From positions 5,270,001 to 5,334,000 of the forward strand of contig CM022669.1 in NCBI GenBank assembly GCA_012295275.1: a stretch of DNA of 64,000 nucleotides, read 5' to 3'. Source of the stretch: Chrysomallon squamiferum. Lineage: Eukaryota > Animalia > Mollusca. Below the pieces are notes generated by a model. That model ran no database searches. It saw only the letters and a program-made list of their open reading frames with translations, and was not told where the DNA came from. Every line of letters begins with the position of its first letter. The first letter of the stretch is position 1. Both the position numbers and the translations under genes were made by a program. Positions 1 to 14,546 of this stretch are shown here, in pieces.

Positions 1-311
1 CTTATCTTTTGATGTGCAGGTATTACTGCACCTTGCCGTCAGTTCTCAAGTTTTCTGTTTGCAAAAATGTCCTACGTAACTAAATTGCCTACTTATTTAA
101 ATCCTATTTGTTCTGGGTGCGCACGAACAAACCCTCATAATTATTATTAACATATCGTCAACATTAACAAAGTATTACGTTTTCATTGTGACGTAACAGC
201 TTCTGTTGCGCGCATTTTCTTCTTTCTGACGTATGCACAAATATAGACTTTCTCAGTCCTTTTTAAATTATATTCTTCCTTTCAAAGACGTCATTTGAAA
301 AACAGAAAGAT

Positions 312-315
<4 letters not shown>

Positions 316-372
<57 letters not shown>
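316..372. repeat. (GA)n microsatellite, one of many (also e.g. (CA)n ~14487-14542, (TAA)n ~20260-20325, (GA)n ~24062-24110)
   Basis: Directly visible simple repeats. Confidence 0.9.
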
Positions 373-375
<3 letters not shown>

Positions 376-1763
376 ACTAATATATATATATACAATTTAG
401 ACACACACATATACGCACATATACAAGAACCTATATCTGTGTATGACAGAACGAATAAGGGATAAGGACAAAAAATGAGGCAGAGATGAAAAACAAATAT
501 TTTTATTACTACTACTACTACTACTACTTCTACTACTACTACTTTTTCAGTCATGGCGATGAAACATTGTTTGGCCGAATTATCCTAGAAAGTCTAGGTT
601 ACTGTACAGGTAATTGTGTAATCGGGTATAATAAATGTAATATAACAAACCCAGTCAGCTCTAAGCTTGCTTTATTCGAGCATTGAACTTCGGATTGGTC
701 GTGTCGCCTTGTGTCGCAAAAATAAAGGTAAAAATTTATATTAAAGATTTAAATAGCTTTTTTTCTATAATGTAATACTGTAATACAGTCTATAACACAG
801 ACAACAATATTAGCAAAGTTAAATTACGTTCTTTATTTAAAAGTAAAAATTAAATTAAATTTCGGTTAAATTAAATTAAAAATCAGTTTCGGTTTAATGC
901 CGAATATAAATGTATTTCTGTTAAAGTTAGATACGTAATTTAACAATACTAAATAATATTATAGAAGATAATCGATATTGTTATTTTTCCCTTTTAAAAA
1001 GTTTTTTTAGTGAGGTTCAGAATTGCATCTTTAATACACATATATTTGTTTATATCTCGTTTATATTTATGTCAAATCCAAGCACTCATGGAGATGAGCA
1101 GATATAATTTGTTCTTATTATAGTAATTACTCTCGGCGGCAAGACAAATAGAGATACAATTATTATAAAAGTAATATTTGTGTATATGTACATATGTTTG
1201 TGTGTCTGTCTGTCTGTCTCTGTGTGTGTGTCTCTGTGTGTATTTGTAAACACACAGATGTTTGTGTATATGTATACGTGTGTGAGAAAGTGATAAAGAG
1301 AAAGGAAGACAGAAAGAGAAAACGAAAAGGAGAGTATATCAGGTATAGGTTTATGAGAGAGCATTTCTTAAAGAAACCTGAGTAGCCTAATATTACAGAA
1401 CGTTAGTGAGACTGCACTGTTATAAATGTTCAGTGACCATATTAAAACACAGATCGCTTTGTGGATTAACTAGAGATTATAACTTACTACCTGGCATACA
1501 ATATACTGTAATATAAGCCTAACTTGTTCAATGGCAAGGAATACAAATAAAACAAAGGCTCAAATCCACGAATATGCTTAATGAATAATTTGTATTTGTA
1601 TTCGTTTACTTTTTTTTTATAAAATCTCTAATTTGTAAATTTAGATAGCAAAGGACTCAGAAATTCTTTACTTACTTCATCGTATTTATACCGAACGAAT
1701 TTTCATTTCTTAAAATTTATAATTGCAAGGGCAGTAACTCTGATTACATTAATTGAAACGTCG

Positions 1764-2648
1764 ATGGCTCAGTCTGATTCAGCTTCTCGACCTAGTAGCA
1801 GACAACCATGGGGAACCATCCTGAAGCCAGATTTTGGTCTGGGACATCAAAAACTGGACGTTTATCACGTGGGGCAGATGGTGGAAAGGTTATCGCAAGT
1901 TCCAGAGACTAAGCATGCACAGTTTGACAGACCAAAGAAAGAAATGTCGCAAGATGAAATAAACGAAATGGTAACTGCTAGACTAGAACGCTAATATTTA
2001 ATTTTCAAGTAAATCATCTAACGTAAAATGTGTTATATTTTTATTTCCAGATGAAATGTTTAATATAAAATGTATTATTATATTTGTAAGTAAACCATTT
2101 AACGAAGATGCTATTATATGTATTTTATTTCAAGATAAAATGTTTAAATTAAAATATTATATTTTCATATAAAATATTTTACAAACATTTTATTATATTT
2201 TCCGGATTATTCTAGAATAAAAAATCTTACCTTATTTATTTTCTTTTTACCTAGGTTTCATATGGAAATTTTTATTGTTTCCAGCCAAAAATTCTGTTTT
2301 AAAATGTTCTAATTATTTTATTATTTAACTTATAAAATTCATTATAGAACATCAAGGTTTATTTATTTTAAAGTTGAAAATTAAATATAAAGCTCATTAG
2401 CTATTTATTTCTAGGTAACGTAAAGATCTGACTTATTTCTCGCTAGAACGTTTTAACATTTAGACATTTTTATTTTAAGTCAAGCTAAAATATTTAGCAC
2501 GCAATGTTATTATTTGTTTTTATTTTATCTCCAGCTGGAACGTCTGACCAAAGCAAACAAATCTATAACAGACAGTGATCGCCGCGTCACCCACTCTCAG
2601 TATCGCAATATGGGCGTGGTCGGCTCTTATGCTTGGAAAGGATTTTAA
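1764..2648 (+). CDS. Two-exon gene, uncharacterised 106-aa protein (exons 1764-1970, 2535-2648)
   Basis: ATG at 1764 opens MAQSDSASRPSSRQPWG...EMSQDEINEM. A phase-0 donor ATG|gtaact (1971) joins acceptor tttatctccag| (2534), and the frame continues LERLTKANKSITDSDRRVTHSQYRNMGVVGSYAWKGF* (TAA 2646-2648). Both exons are GC/CpG-richer than their flanks, and ATTAAA/AATAAA lie at ~2896-2906. Family not recognised. Confidence 0.75.
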
Positions 2649-3185
2649 ACATTTCGTACTGAAATTAGCAAAACCACCAGTTTAAGTCTGTTTTTTTTTT
2701 TTTTTTTAATATGTTGTTTACAAGGTTTACTAACTGTTTACCGGGATTGTTTACAAGAGATGAAAGGTTTTGTTTGCGTCACAGATTTTCAAGTGAAGCT
2801 CAGTCTTTGTAGGTTTAGTGTACATAGCAATTGTTTGAGGAGTTGGTGAAATGACGTGCGACAGATAAATATATGTTGTAGATAGTGATAGTGATATTAA
2901 AATAAAAATATTGTTTTAGTTTTCTCTGAGTTGTTATAGTTATATTTAGTTTATTTCATTTTAATGATACTTTAATGGAAAAAAAAAAAAAAAAAAAATA
3001 ATAAAATGTCTATGGCTAAAAAGCTATAAAACAGCCGTTAACAAACCTTCTGAAAAATACCTGTTAAGACACAATGTTAACTAATAAACAAATATGTTGC
3101 CATTAATTTCTTAATTAAATATCCACTGTTTTTTTCATGTTTCACTTAACAATTTAGTATGTGGTTCATGTAGTGTTACACAATT

Positions 3186-3310
3186 GCAGACAAGACCTGC
3201 TCTTTCTACACAAAAGCAATTTTCAGTTAGCAGCAAGTAATCTTTTGCATGCACCTTCCTTTAGGTAGGGAAAGACATAACTGTGGCCTGTGATAAATCA
3301 GCAGTTGGGA
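3186..3310 (-). mobile_element. Degenerate SINE relic (Meta/MESC-domain-like, mollusc type)
   Basis: ttagcagcaagtaatcttttgcatgcaccttcc...cataactgtggcctgtgataaatcagc resembles, from memory, the reverse complement of the conserved Meta-SINE core (…atcaaaggccgtggtatgtg…gatggtgcatataaaagatcccttgctgctaa). No database search was run. Confidence 0.55.
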
Positions 3311-5533
3311 AATGGTTACTGAATGTGTCAGAATATAGCTAACAAGTGAAAAAAATCATCAAAAAAAATCAACAACCAAAACAGCAACAAATAAAAAATA
3401 TATATATATAAAAACAAATATTAAAAAAATAATAATGTTAAAATAATAATAATAATAAAACAAAATGAAGAAGAAACAAAAAGCCTTTTGTAAAGTGTAT
3501 TTGCTTTATTAAGTAACGTAACCAGTACAAATAATTATTACCCAATATAACAAAACCATTTAATACTTGGTCAGCTGATACTATCCTATATAACATTATA
3601 ATAACACATATTACTGACATATACAGAGTATAATTATAAACTGAAACCAGCTTAGTATACAGGTCAGATATCAAGGGAATTCTACGCTGTAAGTTTAATT
3701 AACATACTGTGATTTTTTAAAAAGCAGTATGTTATGTTGAAGAAATACTCCTTTTCCTTTTAAATACTGATAGATTTTTACTATATATTAAGATTTGTAA
3801 AATAAAAAAATAAAAAAATAAAATATACAATTAAAAATATTAGAAGAAAACAGAAAAAATTATAATATGGGAATAAAAGATTTATGCATGGATAAGTTTA
3901 GGTAAGGATGTAATATAGGAACAGGTACAGAATATTTACAGGGGATGTGCTTTGGCATAGAAACTAGAACTTTGAAATAATGTGTTCTGAAAAAGTAGGT
4001 GCAGATGTTCATATCAATCCAGTAGAAAAGAAACAGAACATTTTAGGTATGACAGTTGAGGACAAAATTAACAAACAAACAAATAAATAAAATATAAAGC
4101 TGAAAACAAAAACATTCAGAAGATGATAAATCATTAACATGAAAATGTTTAAGATATAAAATTAATAATGCTTTCTTAATAACTTAAATACATTTGTGCA
4201 GTTATTATTAATTACAGATCTATAAAAATATATTGTTATTTAGTACAGTGCATGATCAATATTGGATGAAGAGAAAGTTTATGATATAAAATTAATTAAA
4301 AAAATGAACAGCATATATCATTTATTACAGCTTTCCAGCCTGCATCAAAATATTCTGAATTTATTTTATATATGAGATGATATAAATCATGAATGTAAAT
4401 GTACAAAGTTTATACAGTGCTGTTTAAATCTGGTTTTAGTATTTCAGTGCCCAAGATCAGGTGTGACAAATCTTTTTCAGAATGGGTAACCAATTTATTG
4501 GAGATAGTTTCAATTACTTATTGGTATTTTCAAAAAATTAATTAAAAAAAAAAAAATGGAAAAAGAAAATTTTTGGATGGCATCAATTTTTCTAACATGC
4601 AAGTTACAATTCTTAGCATCAGATATATTATTTTTTTTTTAAATCTCTCTCTCTCTCTCTGCACACACACACACACACCAAATAACATGCTGAAGAATAT
4701 AACGTAACAGTTTGATGAATGTGACATTTGTACCCATTCAAAGCTGTAGAAATGGAATTTAATATTTACAGTCTTTCACACAATATTTAAAATGAAATCA
4801 TGTAGTAAATTAACTTTAATGTCATCAGTTACAGATATAAACAGGTAACATATGTAACTCGTTGTTTGAAAGCTTAGATATGAAATATAATAATTATAAT
4901 CTTTTACAGACTAACGATGATAAAAACGCTCATTTGTAACAAACACGAAATGTGACTCATAGGAAAAACATATATTGTAACATAAAGGTTATACATATTA
5001 TATATTATAACAAAAAGGTTATATACATATATATTGTAACATATAGATTATATAGTATCAGTGCAATATATATATATATATATTTTGAAGAAATAAATAT
5101 ATGTTAATACATACTCATTTGGTTGGATTATTAATGCTGTTTGTATTATAATTAAAATAAAAAAAAATAAAAAAAATAAATAAGTAAATAAAAAAAATAA
5201 CAAATGTAAATATTTAAAAATATGTATTTGCCAGAGTTTTTATATATATATAAAACAGTGATTTTAGATTTTTCATTCACTTGCTAAATGTGACATATTT
5301 AACATAAATTTGTGGAGATATGTAAGTGTACATTTAAGCTATGTATCTGTGTCATAATAACAATAACAAAATAAAAATAAAATAAAATAAAAATAAATAA
5401 ACAAATAAAATGCATATTTCATATGTATTTTTGATTCAGCAGTTACCAAAACAGTTGTACAATTATTACGATGTAACCATGTATCCAATCAACAGCACTG
5501 ATCTACTGACATAAGACAGTTTGAGACTTTTTT

Positions 5534-5573
<40 letters not shown>

Positions 5574-7926
5574 TCCAGAAGAGGCAGAAAGTCAAAGATA
5601 TTAAAGGGATGAGTAAAAACATGTATCACAGAAGTTGCTTGTTGTAATCAGAGAAATCAATAAACCTACATGACTAGAAAGTGAAAGTGAAAGTAGAGAT
5701 ACAGAAAATGATAAATTAAACAAATTTTTTTTTGTCAAATTATCTTTTTAGCCAAAAATTTGTAATAATAATTCATTAAAGAAAATAAATTAAAAATAAA
5801 TATAAATTCTACTCAGTAAATACTAAAAATTTATGAAGAAATTAAAAATTATTTAAAAAAAAAAAAAAAAAACGAAAAGAGAAAAAAGGTTTGATATAAC
5901 TTGCTATGTTGAATATGAGATTTAATTTCATAATGTGTACAATATAATATATGATGTAGTACTGGTCCCCAAATGAGTGACAACAAGACAAAATTGTTTG
6001 TAAAGGAACAGCACTGTGATTGTTATTTTAAAATAGAATTATACAAATTGATAGCTGGATCATTAATTTGTTTAGTACCCGCTAGTCCATGTTATTGCAG
6101 GAATGACTAGTGTGTGAGACACAAAACTCCCCTCCCAAACCTCCCTCCAAAACCACCCTCCTGTATCAATGCAGATAAACCCATTTTAAACTCTCTCCCT
6201 TCCCTAATATCTGAAGAAAACCACCCACTTGTATCTATGCACGCAAACACATTTCCACTTTTGATCTCTCTCTTCTCTCAAATGTCCCCAGAATACAGAA
6301 AAAACTTTAATCTTGCTTTTCGTAAAAAAAAATGTGTTTCATATTCACATTACCATTTTCATATCCACTTAAACCCATGTAAAATATCAATCCAGTCCTT
6401 CAGCCATCCAATCCCAAAATATTCAAAATAAAAATAATGACACATCAGAACAATCACCAACATAAAACCAGAATTGAGTAGATAACCATCCAGGAACAAG
6501 AAACATTTAATAGTTAAAACATTATTAACTAATTTATTTAGATTATTTATTTATTATTTTTATTATTTAATTGCTAACCCTATAGTTATCTGCTTAGATT
6601 TTCAAGTTTTTAATTTTAATGTTGTTGTTCTTTGTTGTTTTATAGGTTTTTTTCTCGTATTTTTGATATTTTAGAAAATATTAAAATTGCTCTTTTTCCC
6701 TAATTCATTTTTGTTTTATAATTTTTGAATTCTATTTTTATTTTTATTGGTTTTTTACTAACATAAAACAGTATTAAATAAATAAAAATAAATAAAAATT
6801 AAAATATAAAAAGAAATAAAAAGAAAACTTTTTTTTTACAATTTAACCTTATGATAACAAATGACCGATGTATAATACAAATAATTATAATGATTGTCAG
6901 CTTTCCATAGATAACATATATATATAAAAAGGAATTAATGATAATGATTAATAAATAATATTGTGTTATATACATTCATCATACCATCATGACTATAAGA
7001 TACACTACTTGTCTTCTCTCTAATACATTTGATTCACCTATTATGTCAGTAATATTCAGAATGTTGGATACACAATTGATATATATCATATACACCTTGC
7101 TATACTGTCACTTAATAATTTTATAAAAATATTGTATATAATATATTAATATATATAATTTTTTATATATATTATATGTAATTTTCAGCATCAGAAATGG
7201 TTACCACTTCGATAACGTTTCATTCATTTCTTTCATTGATAATCTCTGTGAACTTATTGTAATATGTTTATATTTATTTATTTTTTGTTTTTATTTTTTT
7301 TTTTTTTTTTTTTTTTACAAACGTTTTATTTCACAGTCAAATACTGGATATAATTTTACATTTAATTAATTTTAAAAAATATTACAAGAGAATGGGGACT
7401 GATTTTTGTATCATGAGCTGCTGATGTTTGATATTTCTTATTTTTGATAATAATTACCAATTTCTGGATCACAGACAAAAACAGGTAAAATTGTAAAAAC
7501 AAGTAATATTCATGTAGTCAAACTAAACATTTTTTTTGTTTGTTTTTTAATAGAAAAATGATTTTAATTTCAGGAGCAGTTTAAAGAAAAAAAAAGTTTA
7601 AAAAAAAAAAAACAACTTTGAAATAGGACAGAACATTTCATGATAACAATTTAATTTACTAATTAGACTAATATTTAAAAAAAAAAAAAATTCTGAAGAC
7701 AACCTTTTCAGAAGCTGCCTAATATGCATTTTTTAATAATAATAATACATTTTTTTTTTAAAAATAAAAGCAAGAAGAAAAAGAAGTAATATTAAACTAT
7801 TTTAACAAATATATCATTATAATTCGCAGTAGGTGACAAAAAATTATATAAAAATCAAAAACAAAAACCAAACCTTAACGCTGTAATAATGTATCAAGAT
7901 TTAAATATTTTTGTGATAAATTACTG

Positions 7927-7964
<38 letters not shown>

Positions 7965-8654
7965 AGAAGAATCAAGAGACATCAAAAAGACAAATCAATG
8001 GTGTAAGTTAACACAAATTATGTACAAGACAGTTCATATCATTTCCTGGCCAACAACAATCAGTTAAGTACAATCACACACCAAATGTGTTTTGATTCAA
8101 CACACACAGGCAGATATTACACACAGTCCCCCAAAAGTGATCCATCCCTGCTGATTCTCCAAAAAATAAATAAAAAATAAAAAATAAAAAATTCAGCTGA
8201 GACAAATTGGAGATCTTTGAAGGTAAGGTCCAGATCAGTACAAACAAAAAATATCTGTAACTGATTCAAAGCTATAAATTTTAAATTAACATAAGAATTT
8301 TATTTTGTTTTAATTTATTCATTTTAAATAAACAATTTTGTTGAATGGGTATCAATATAAAAAATACACATTTTAACATCAAAGAAACATTTCATTTTGT
8401 TTAGTATAATGTTTATAATCTGAATAATTATCTCTCACCATTAATTTGTATATTTTACTACACCACATAAAAAAACTTGATAATGTATTTTTACATAAGA
8501 TCATGTAATTAACACATGCAAATGAACCATCAAAAAATAATAATCATAATAACAACAACTCAGTCTTTACGTAACATTATCTCATTCACAACTCAGTCTG
8601 GACAAAGATTATCTTCAAATATTCACGCAAACTAAATTCACCAACATGGAGGGA

Positions 8655-8697
<43 letters not shown>

Positions 8698-8749
8698 TTA
8701 AACATTCACTGACAGACAGACAGACAGACAGACATGCAGACTGACAGCA

Positions 8750-8947
8750 CTAGCTTTGTGATTCTTTCTTCACTGTTGAGACAATCTGCTCATGAAGTTC
8801 ATACAACTCAGTTATTTTAGTTCCCAGTGTGTCCTGCAGATTCAGAATGTCCCTGTTTTCAGCTTCCCTGGACTTGCGGCAGTCTTGAAGAATTCTCTGA
8901 AGGTCCTGAACTTTGGAGGCCAGACTGTGATTTTCTTCCTCTAGAGC
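8750..8947 (-). CDS. homer: Homer last coding exon (leucine-zipper C terminus)
   Basis: tttatttgcag|GCT CTA GAG GAA GAA...; [22 protein letters not shown]...KKESQS*. Confidence 0.88.
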   Translation of the reverse strand, partial: ALEEENHSLASKVQDLQRILQDCRKSREAENRDILNLQDTLGTKITELYELHEQIVSTVKKESQS

Positions 8948-10882
8948 CTGCAAATAAAGAAAAACAATTCAGTGAGAATGAAACATTTAATATTAAAAAA
9001 TCAAAATAAGAACAAATAAAACCTGTGGCTGAAAACAAACAATAAAACAGCCCAATTAAGAATCCCCATGAAACGACTGTAAAACACCTGTCTAGATATA
9101 ATTTAATCTGAATTCTTTGTAATGGTAAATGGTTTTATAAAGTGATATTCATGGTCAAGAAAAGAGTATTATAGCTGAGAACCATGGTTACGGTAAACAG
9201 AATTATTAACTTAAATCCATGGTTAGTGTAAAGAATATTGTAAACAGAGATCTACAGTCAGGATAAACATTACTGTCAACTGAAATACTTGTTAAGGTTA
9301 AATGTAATTATATATTGAGATCCATAGTCAGGTAAAGAGTATTATAAACTGAAATTCTTGTTTAGGGTAAACATAAATTATAAAGTGAAATCCATGGTCA
9401 GGTAATCATTACTGTAAATTGAGATCCATGGTTTGGGTAAACAGAATTATAAACAAGAGATGGTCAGCATAAACAACAGTGCTGAAATCTACTGTCATGG
9501 TAAACAACATTAGCAGATGGGAGTAAACAAGTAAACTGAACATTATAGTCAGAAAGTAATGACACAAAAATAACTGAAAAAAGGATTATCAGTTTAATAA
9601 CATTTCGTAACTTATTTTATTATTATTATCTATTATTATCTTCTGTTACAGCAGAGAAGCTATTGAGGGGAACTGCTATCAGTATGTTACAATATCACAA
9701 TAATATAGACAGGATAGTATGGGCTTTATGAAGGATAGCTGAATCAATACCCTCATTCCCGTTCTACAGTCACTGAACTATATCTGTCGTATCCAGTGAC
9801 AAATTAATATTACTAAATATAGCACTTTATATAGTATGTTATATATGTTAGTATTTTAATGATGAAAGAGGAATCTGAAAATGACAGGAACTGACTGATA
9901 CCTGTATTCTAACTTGCAGTGAAGTACAACTGCTTTCCTTAATGTTCAAGTCAGACACTTCTTTCTTCAGTTTCATAACCTCCTGAAATCACCAAACACA
10001 AAATAACCTTTTATAAACATATCACTAGCAGACATACTCAGTTAGTTTCACAGTAAAGAATTTACTATTTATATAACCAGATATATACAAGGTAAGTAAA
10101 TTTTAATTTTAAACTTGACAAACATTTACCCTATTTTTTTATTTTTTTTTCAACAAAAGACCAATTTGAAAGAAATCTGTTTTTAATTATTGGTTTTCTG
10201 AATTTTTTTATTTCCATGCATTCTTAACAATACAATTTAGTCTAATTTGCATGGAAATGTACTCTGTTACTATGCACCGTTTTTCTGAAATTCTGTACTG
10301 TTTTTAGATGTGTAACACCAGAGACAAACCTCTTGTTTCTTTGTGTTTTCTGTGTGTAACATGTCCATCTGATCAGTGAGCTGTTTGATTTTCTGTTTCA
10401 GCTCTTCAGAATGGTCGGAGGTCATGTGTTTAGATTCCAGTTCCAACACCTGAATTTAAAAACATAAGAAATTAAATAAATAAATAAATAATATAGAAAA
10501 TTATAGAAAAAAAAAAAAAGAAAGAAAAAAAAGAAAGAAAAAAAAGAATAAATTAAGTACTTCAAATCAAATTAAAATTAACAAAAGCTACCGTTTAATA
10601 GGTACATTTAGAAGAAAAGGTTTTAATTATTTTAAAACCAATTCAGTCATTATCAACTTTATATAATGCTAGTATTAATATTATTCAACAGTTATATATA
10701 ATAAAATAACAAAATACAGCCACACGTAGTTTCAAAACACACCAAAAAACAATTAAAATTCAACATACACAAAACATTCTCTCAACACACTGAGCCATAG
10801 ATAAACATCAGTTTAACATCAATAAAAACATATGAATATCTCCCCAAAACACATATGCATACCTTCAACACACAATAAAAAA

Positions 10883-10916
<34 letters not shown>

Positions 10917-12667
10917 ACAAATTATAAAAATAGAAAAAAACAAGTCATAACATACCAGATATTCTGCAAAGAAAACAAAACTTTTTTACAAATTCGTGAA
11001 AAAAGACCACTACCATCAAGCAAAGAGGTAATTTAAATGTTTCTCCGGCTGGACTCTGTGTGAATTGCCAAACTGTGGTCTCTTTGTTTCACTAAGTTTG
11101 GCCAAACACATCAGAGTTTTAAAAACGGATGATCAATGCTGCAGAGGGTTGTTAATGTGAGAAATTCAAACAGTGGTGATGTGTGGGGCAGCGATTCTCT
11201 GTAGGGCATTGTTTAACAAAAAACACCCACTAGTCAACAAATCAATGTAGACACTGGTAGACAAGGATTAGCAGTCCCTGACATCTCTGATACACAGGGG
11301 TCAGGTTTGAAACAGGAGTTATTTCTTGTGTGTCAGAGTAATGAAATGAATATTGAACAATACCCACTATATTTTAATATTCATGGAATAATACAGTGAC
11401 AAAAGCAGAGTGTTTGTTTTACAAAGCTTGTTAAAACATTTGTCTTCTTTTATATATTATGGATATCTCTAAGAATGGCTGAATATTGGAAAAAATTTCA
11501 ACAAGTTTTAATATAAATGGTTATTGGTTGGAATAAGACATGACACTCTGCAAATAAACACACACATACCAACCAGAATAAATAAATAATTAAATAAATA
11601 AACAGGACAGAATGGCTATAAAAATAGATAAAAACATTCATTACCCAGTACATATACTCATGAAAGCACCAATTCACAGAAACACACCCAAACACACACT
11701 CACACACACAGCCAATAATCTCTTCCACATCTATCCATATTTTCCCACACTCAACAAAACACATGTTAAAATACACATTAAATTAACTCTACTTTTTTTT
11801 TCATTCTCACTGCCTCGTCTTTGTACGTGGCCAGCTGTTTCTTCCACTCCTCCACATTAGCTGTGCTCTCCTGCAGAGCTGCAGTCAGTCGTGCATTGTT
11901 GTTCTTCAGCGTCTGCAGCTCCACCTCCCACTTCTTAGCATTGGAAGAACTGAAACACAGCCATTTCATACCATTTTACTTCTGTTATTTAGTCAAATCA
12001 TTTAGCAGGCAGTGTTAATAATGTTTGTTAGCAGTGTTATCTGTTAGTAGTGTTATTGGATATATAACCAGTGAAAGACAGTTATCCCATAATTTGTAAA
12101 GTAATATTTTCTAAAAGTGCCAAAACTGGAAGAATTAGGGATGGTCTAAATTAAAAAAAAAGAAAAGAAGTAATAATAATAAATATTAATTTTTTTCTAT
12201 ATCTTAATTAACAATAAAATTTTAAAATAATGAAATAATTTAATACAATTTCAAAACATTAAAACACGTCCACTCAGTCTTTTCACACTTCTGCTATCGA
12301 TGTCTGTGGGAGAAACGGGTGACTCAGTCTGAAAAGAGTTTTCGTGGTATCAGACTTTTTTTTTAAAATTAAAAATAGGAATTTGCTGGATTTTTTTTAT
12401 AGATATAATATCTATGATAAAGATTATGTTTTAATGCTGTACAGACTGATAAAATGATGAAGTCAGAAACCAACCTTTGTGCCAAGGCAAGTTTTAAGCG
12501 ATCATTTTCGTACTTGAGCTGACCCTCAGTTGTGTTTGTTGGAAGACTGGGACTGGTGCTACCCTGAGTGTAGGAGTTCCGCCTCTCCCGCAAACTGCTG
12601 CTGTCACTCTGCCATATTTAAATTAAAAAATAATTATTTTAAACAGTAAATAAACAGTCAAACTCTT

Positions 12668-12709
<42 letters not shown>

Positions 12710-14505
12710 CATGACTTAATAACAGTGTAATTGTAAATTTAAGTAAAATATGAAATAACAACATAAAAATAAATACATAAATTAAAAAAGAAGGAAATAA
12801 TAAATTAATAATTTGTATGGTGTAAATAAGTTGTACAAATAATATTAATATTTATAAACAAAAAATATATAACAAGAAATAAATAAAGAATAACATTAGG
12901 AAGACAATAAATAACAATAAAAATTGTAGAGAAAAAACGGAAATTAAAAAATAAATACATTAAAAAAGAACAATATTATTAATAATTATAAATAAATGAA
13001 TAAATATAGTAATAAATTAATGAATAAATGAATAACTTAAAAAGAAACGAAAATAATAAAATAAATAAATATTAAGTCATTAAAAAAACCCCAATAAAAC
13101 ACCCAATAAAATATATAAATAAACAAATAAAATAACAAGAATAATTAAATATAAATAAATAAATAAATTAAAATAAAAGAAATGTGAAAAAAAAAAAAAA
13201 AAAAAAAAAAAATTAAAAAAAAAAAAAACGTAAAAAAAAAAAAAAAAAAAAAGAATAAAAAAATAAAACAAAATGGAAAAGAAAGAAAAAAAGAAAAAGA
13301 TAAAGAAACAAAAGAAAGACACACCTGTGAAGATGACCAGCTGCTAGTTCTCTGGTGGAAGACCTGTCTGCTGGGAGACTGGGGCTGGGGGGGAAGATGA
13401 TTGTCTGTTGTTCCATTCACTTCTGTGTTCTTCTGCTGCACAGAGTTACGAGTTAGTTCCTTGATTTCCTTAAACTTTTCTATAAACTGTAACAAGAAAA
13501 ATGTTTAATTTAAATGAAAATAACAAATGCAATTTAAAACTATGTGCATAAATTTACACAACAGCAACACACACACACACACACACAGACACAGACACAC
13601 AGATTTGCACTTGGTGTATGTGTTAGTGCACATTTCAAAAAGCCTAATTTTGTAACCATTTATTATTTAAAAATTCATTAAAATCCATCTATATTTATAT
13701 ATATATATACTAAATATATTCTTGAAATTGTGAAGTTTAAATTTACAATATAATAATAAGAAAAAAGAGAAATACATGTGTGTGATGATATTTTTTTTAA
13801 CTGTATTTGTCACTGACACTGGTTGTTTTATTAAATGAAATGCAACCATATGACACAAATCATTTTCTACTCAAAGATATCCACATCATTATGGAAAGGA
13901 GAGCCTTAGGCTACAAATGCAGCACAAAGAGACATACAGACAGACACATACACAATTTCTATCAAAAGCATAAACAATTGCAGCTTTTTTTCACACACAT
14001 ACACACACACAATTTGTGTCTCTAATTTTCCTCAGAGACCTATATACCCAGATATACACATTCACACACACCAATAAAATTCAAGTCAGAAACTTCCACT
14101 GCTGTGAACCAAGTCATCAAAAGTGATTTCAGTGTGCCACTCTGCTGTGAATGTGAAGACATGCTCAGTGTTTGTGGACAAACAGACAACAGACACTAGT
14201 CAAACAGTACGTGCTTGTTTGTGTTTGCCTGACTTAGTCAGCCTAAAGCTAACTCAGAGAGAAAATATTTGAAGTGCAAAAACATCTCTGTATATAAAAC
14301 ATTCATGTGAGAACCAGCAAGTCAGAGGATCAATTCTGCTCAGTGCAACAACTGGGCTGTTTTTGAATTCCAGCCAGTAGTCTTGTTTGGCTTATCAATG
14401 ATTTTATGATTTGAATTTTCTCAATATTGCGAAAGTTTACTCTGTCTTTTTCAATATTATCCTCTTCTTCACTTCCTTTCTTTCATACACACACACACAC
14501 ACACA

Positions 14506-14546
<41 letters not shown>

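Noticed and set aside
291-1385. ORF-track entries built from microsatellites and poly-A/T (also 13080-13322, 15057-15302, 23241-23711, 27397-27981, 43247-43459 and similar)
   Set aside because: These are low-complexity translations of simple repeats with no coding composition or splice support.
14070-14163. Minus-strand mini-[22 protein letters not shown]... as an internal Homer start exon
   Set aside because: No convincing phase-0 donor to join exon 13486. The region is GC-richer and may be regulatory, but an exon cannot be supported.
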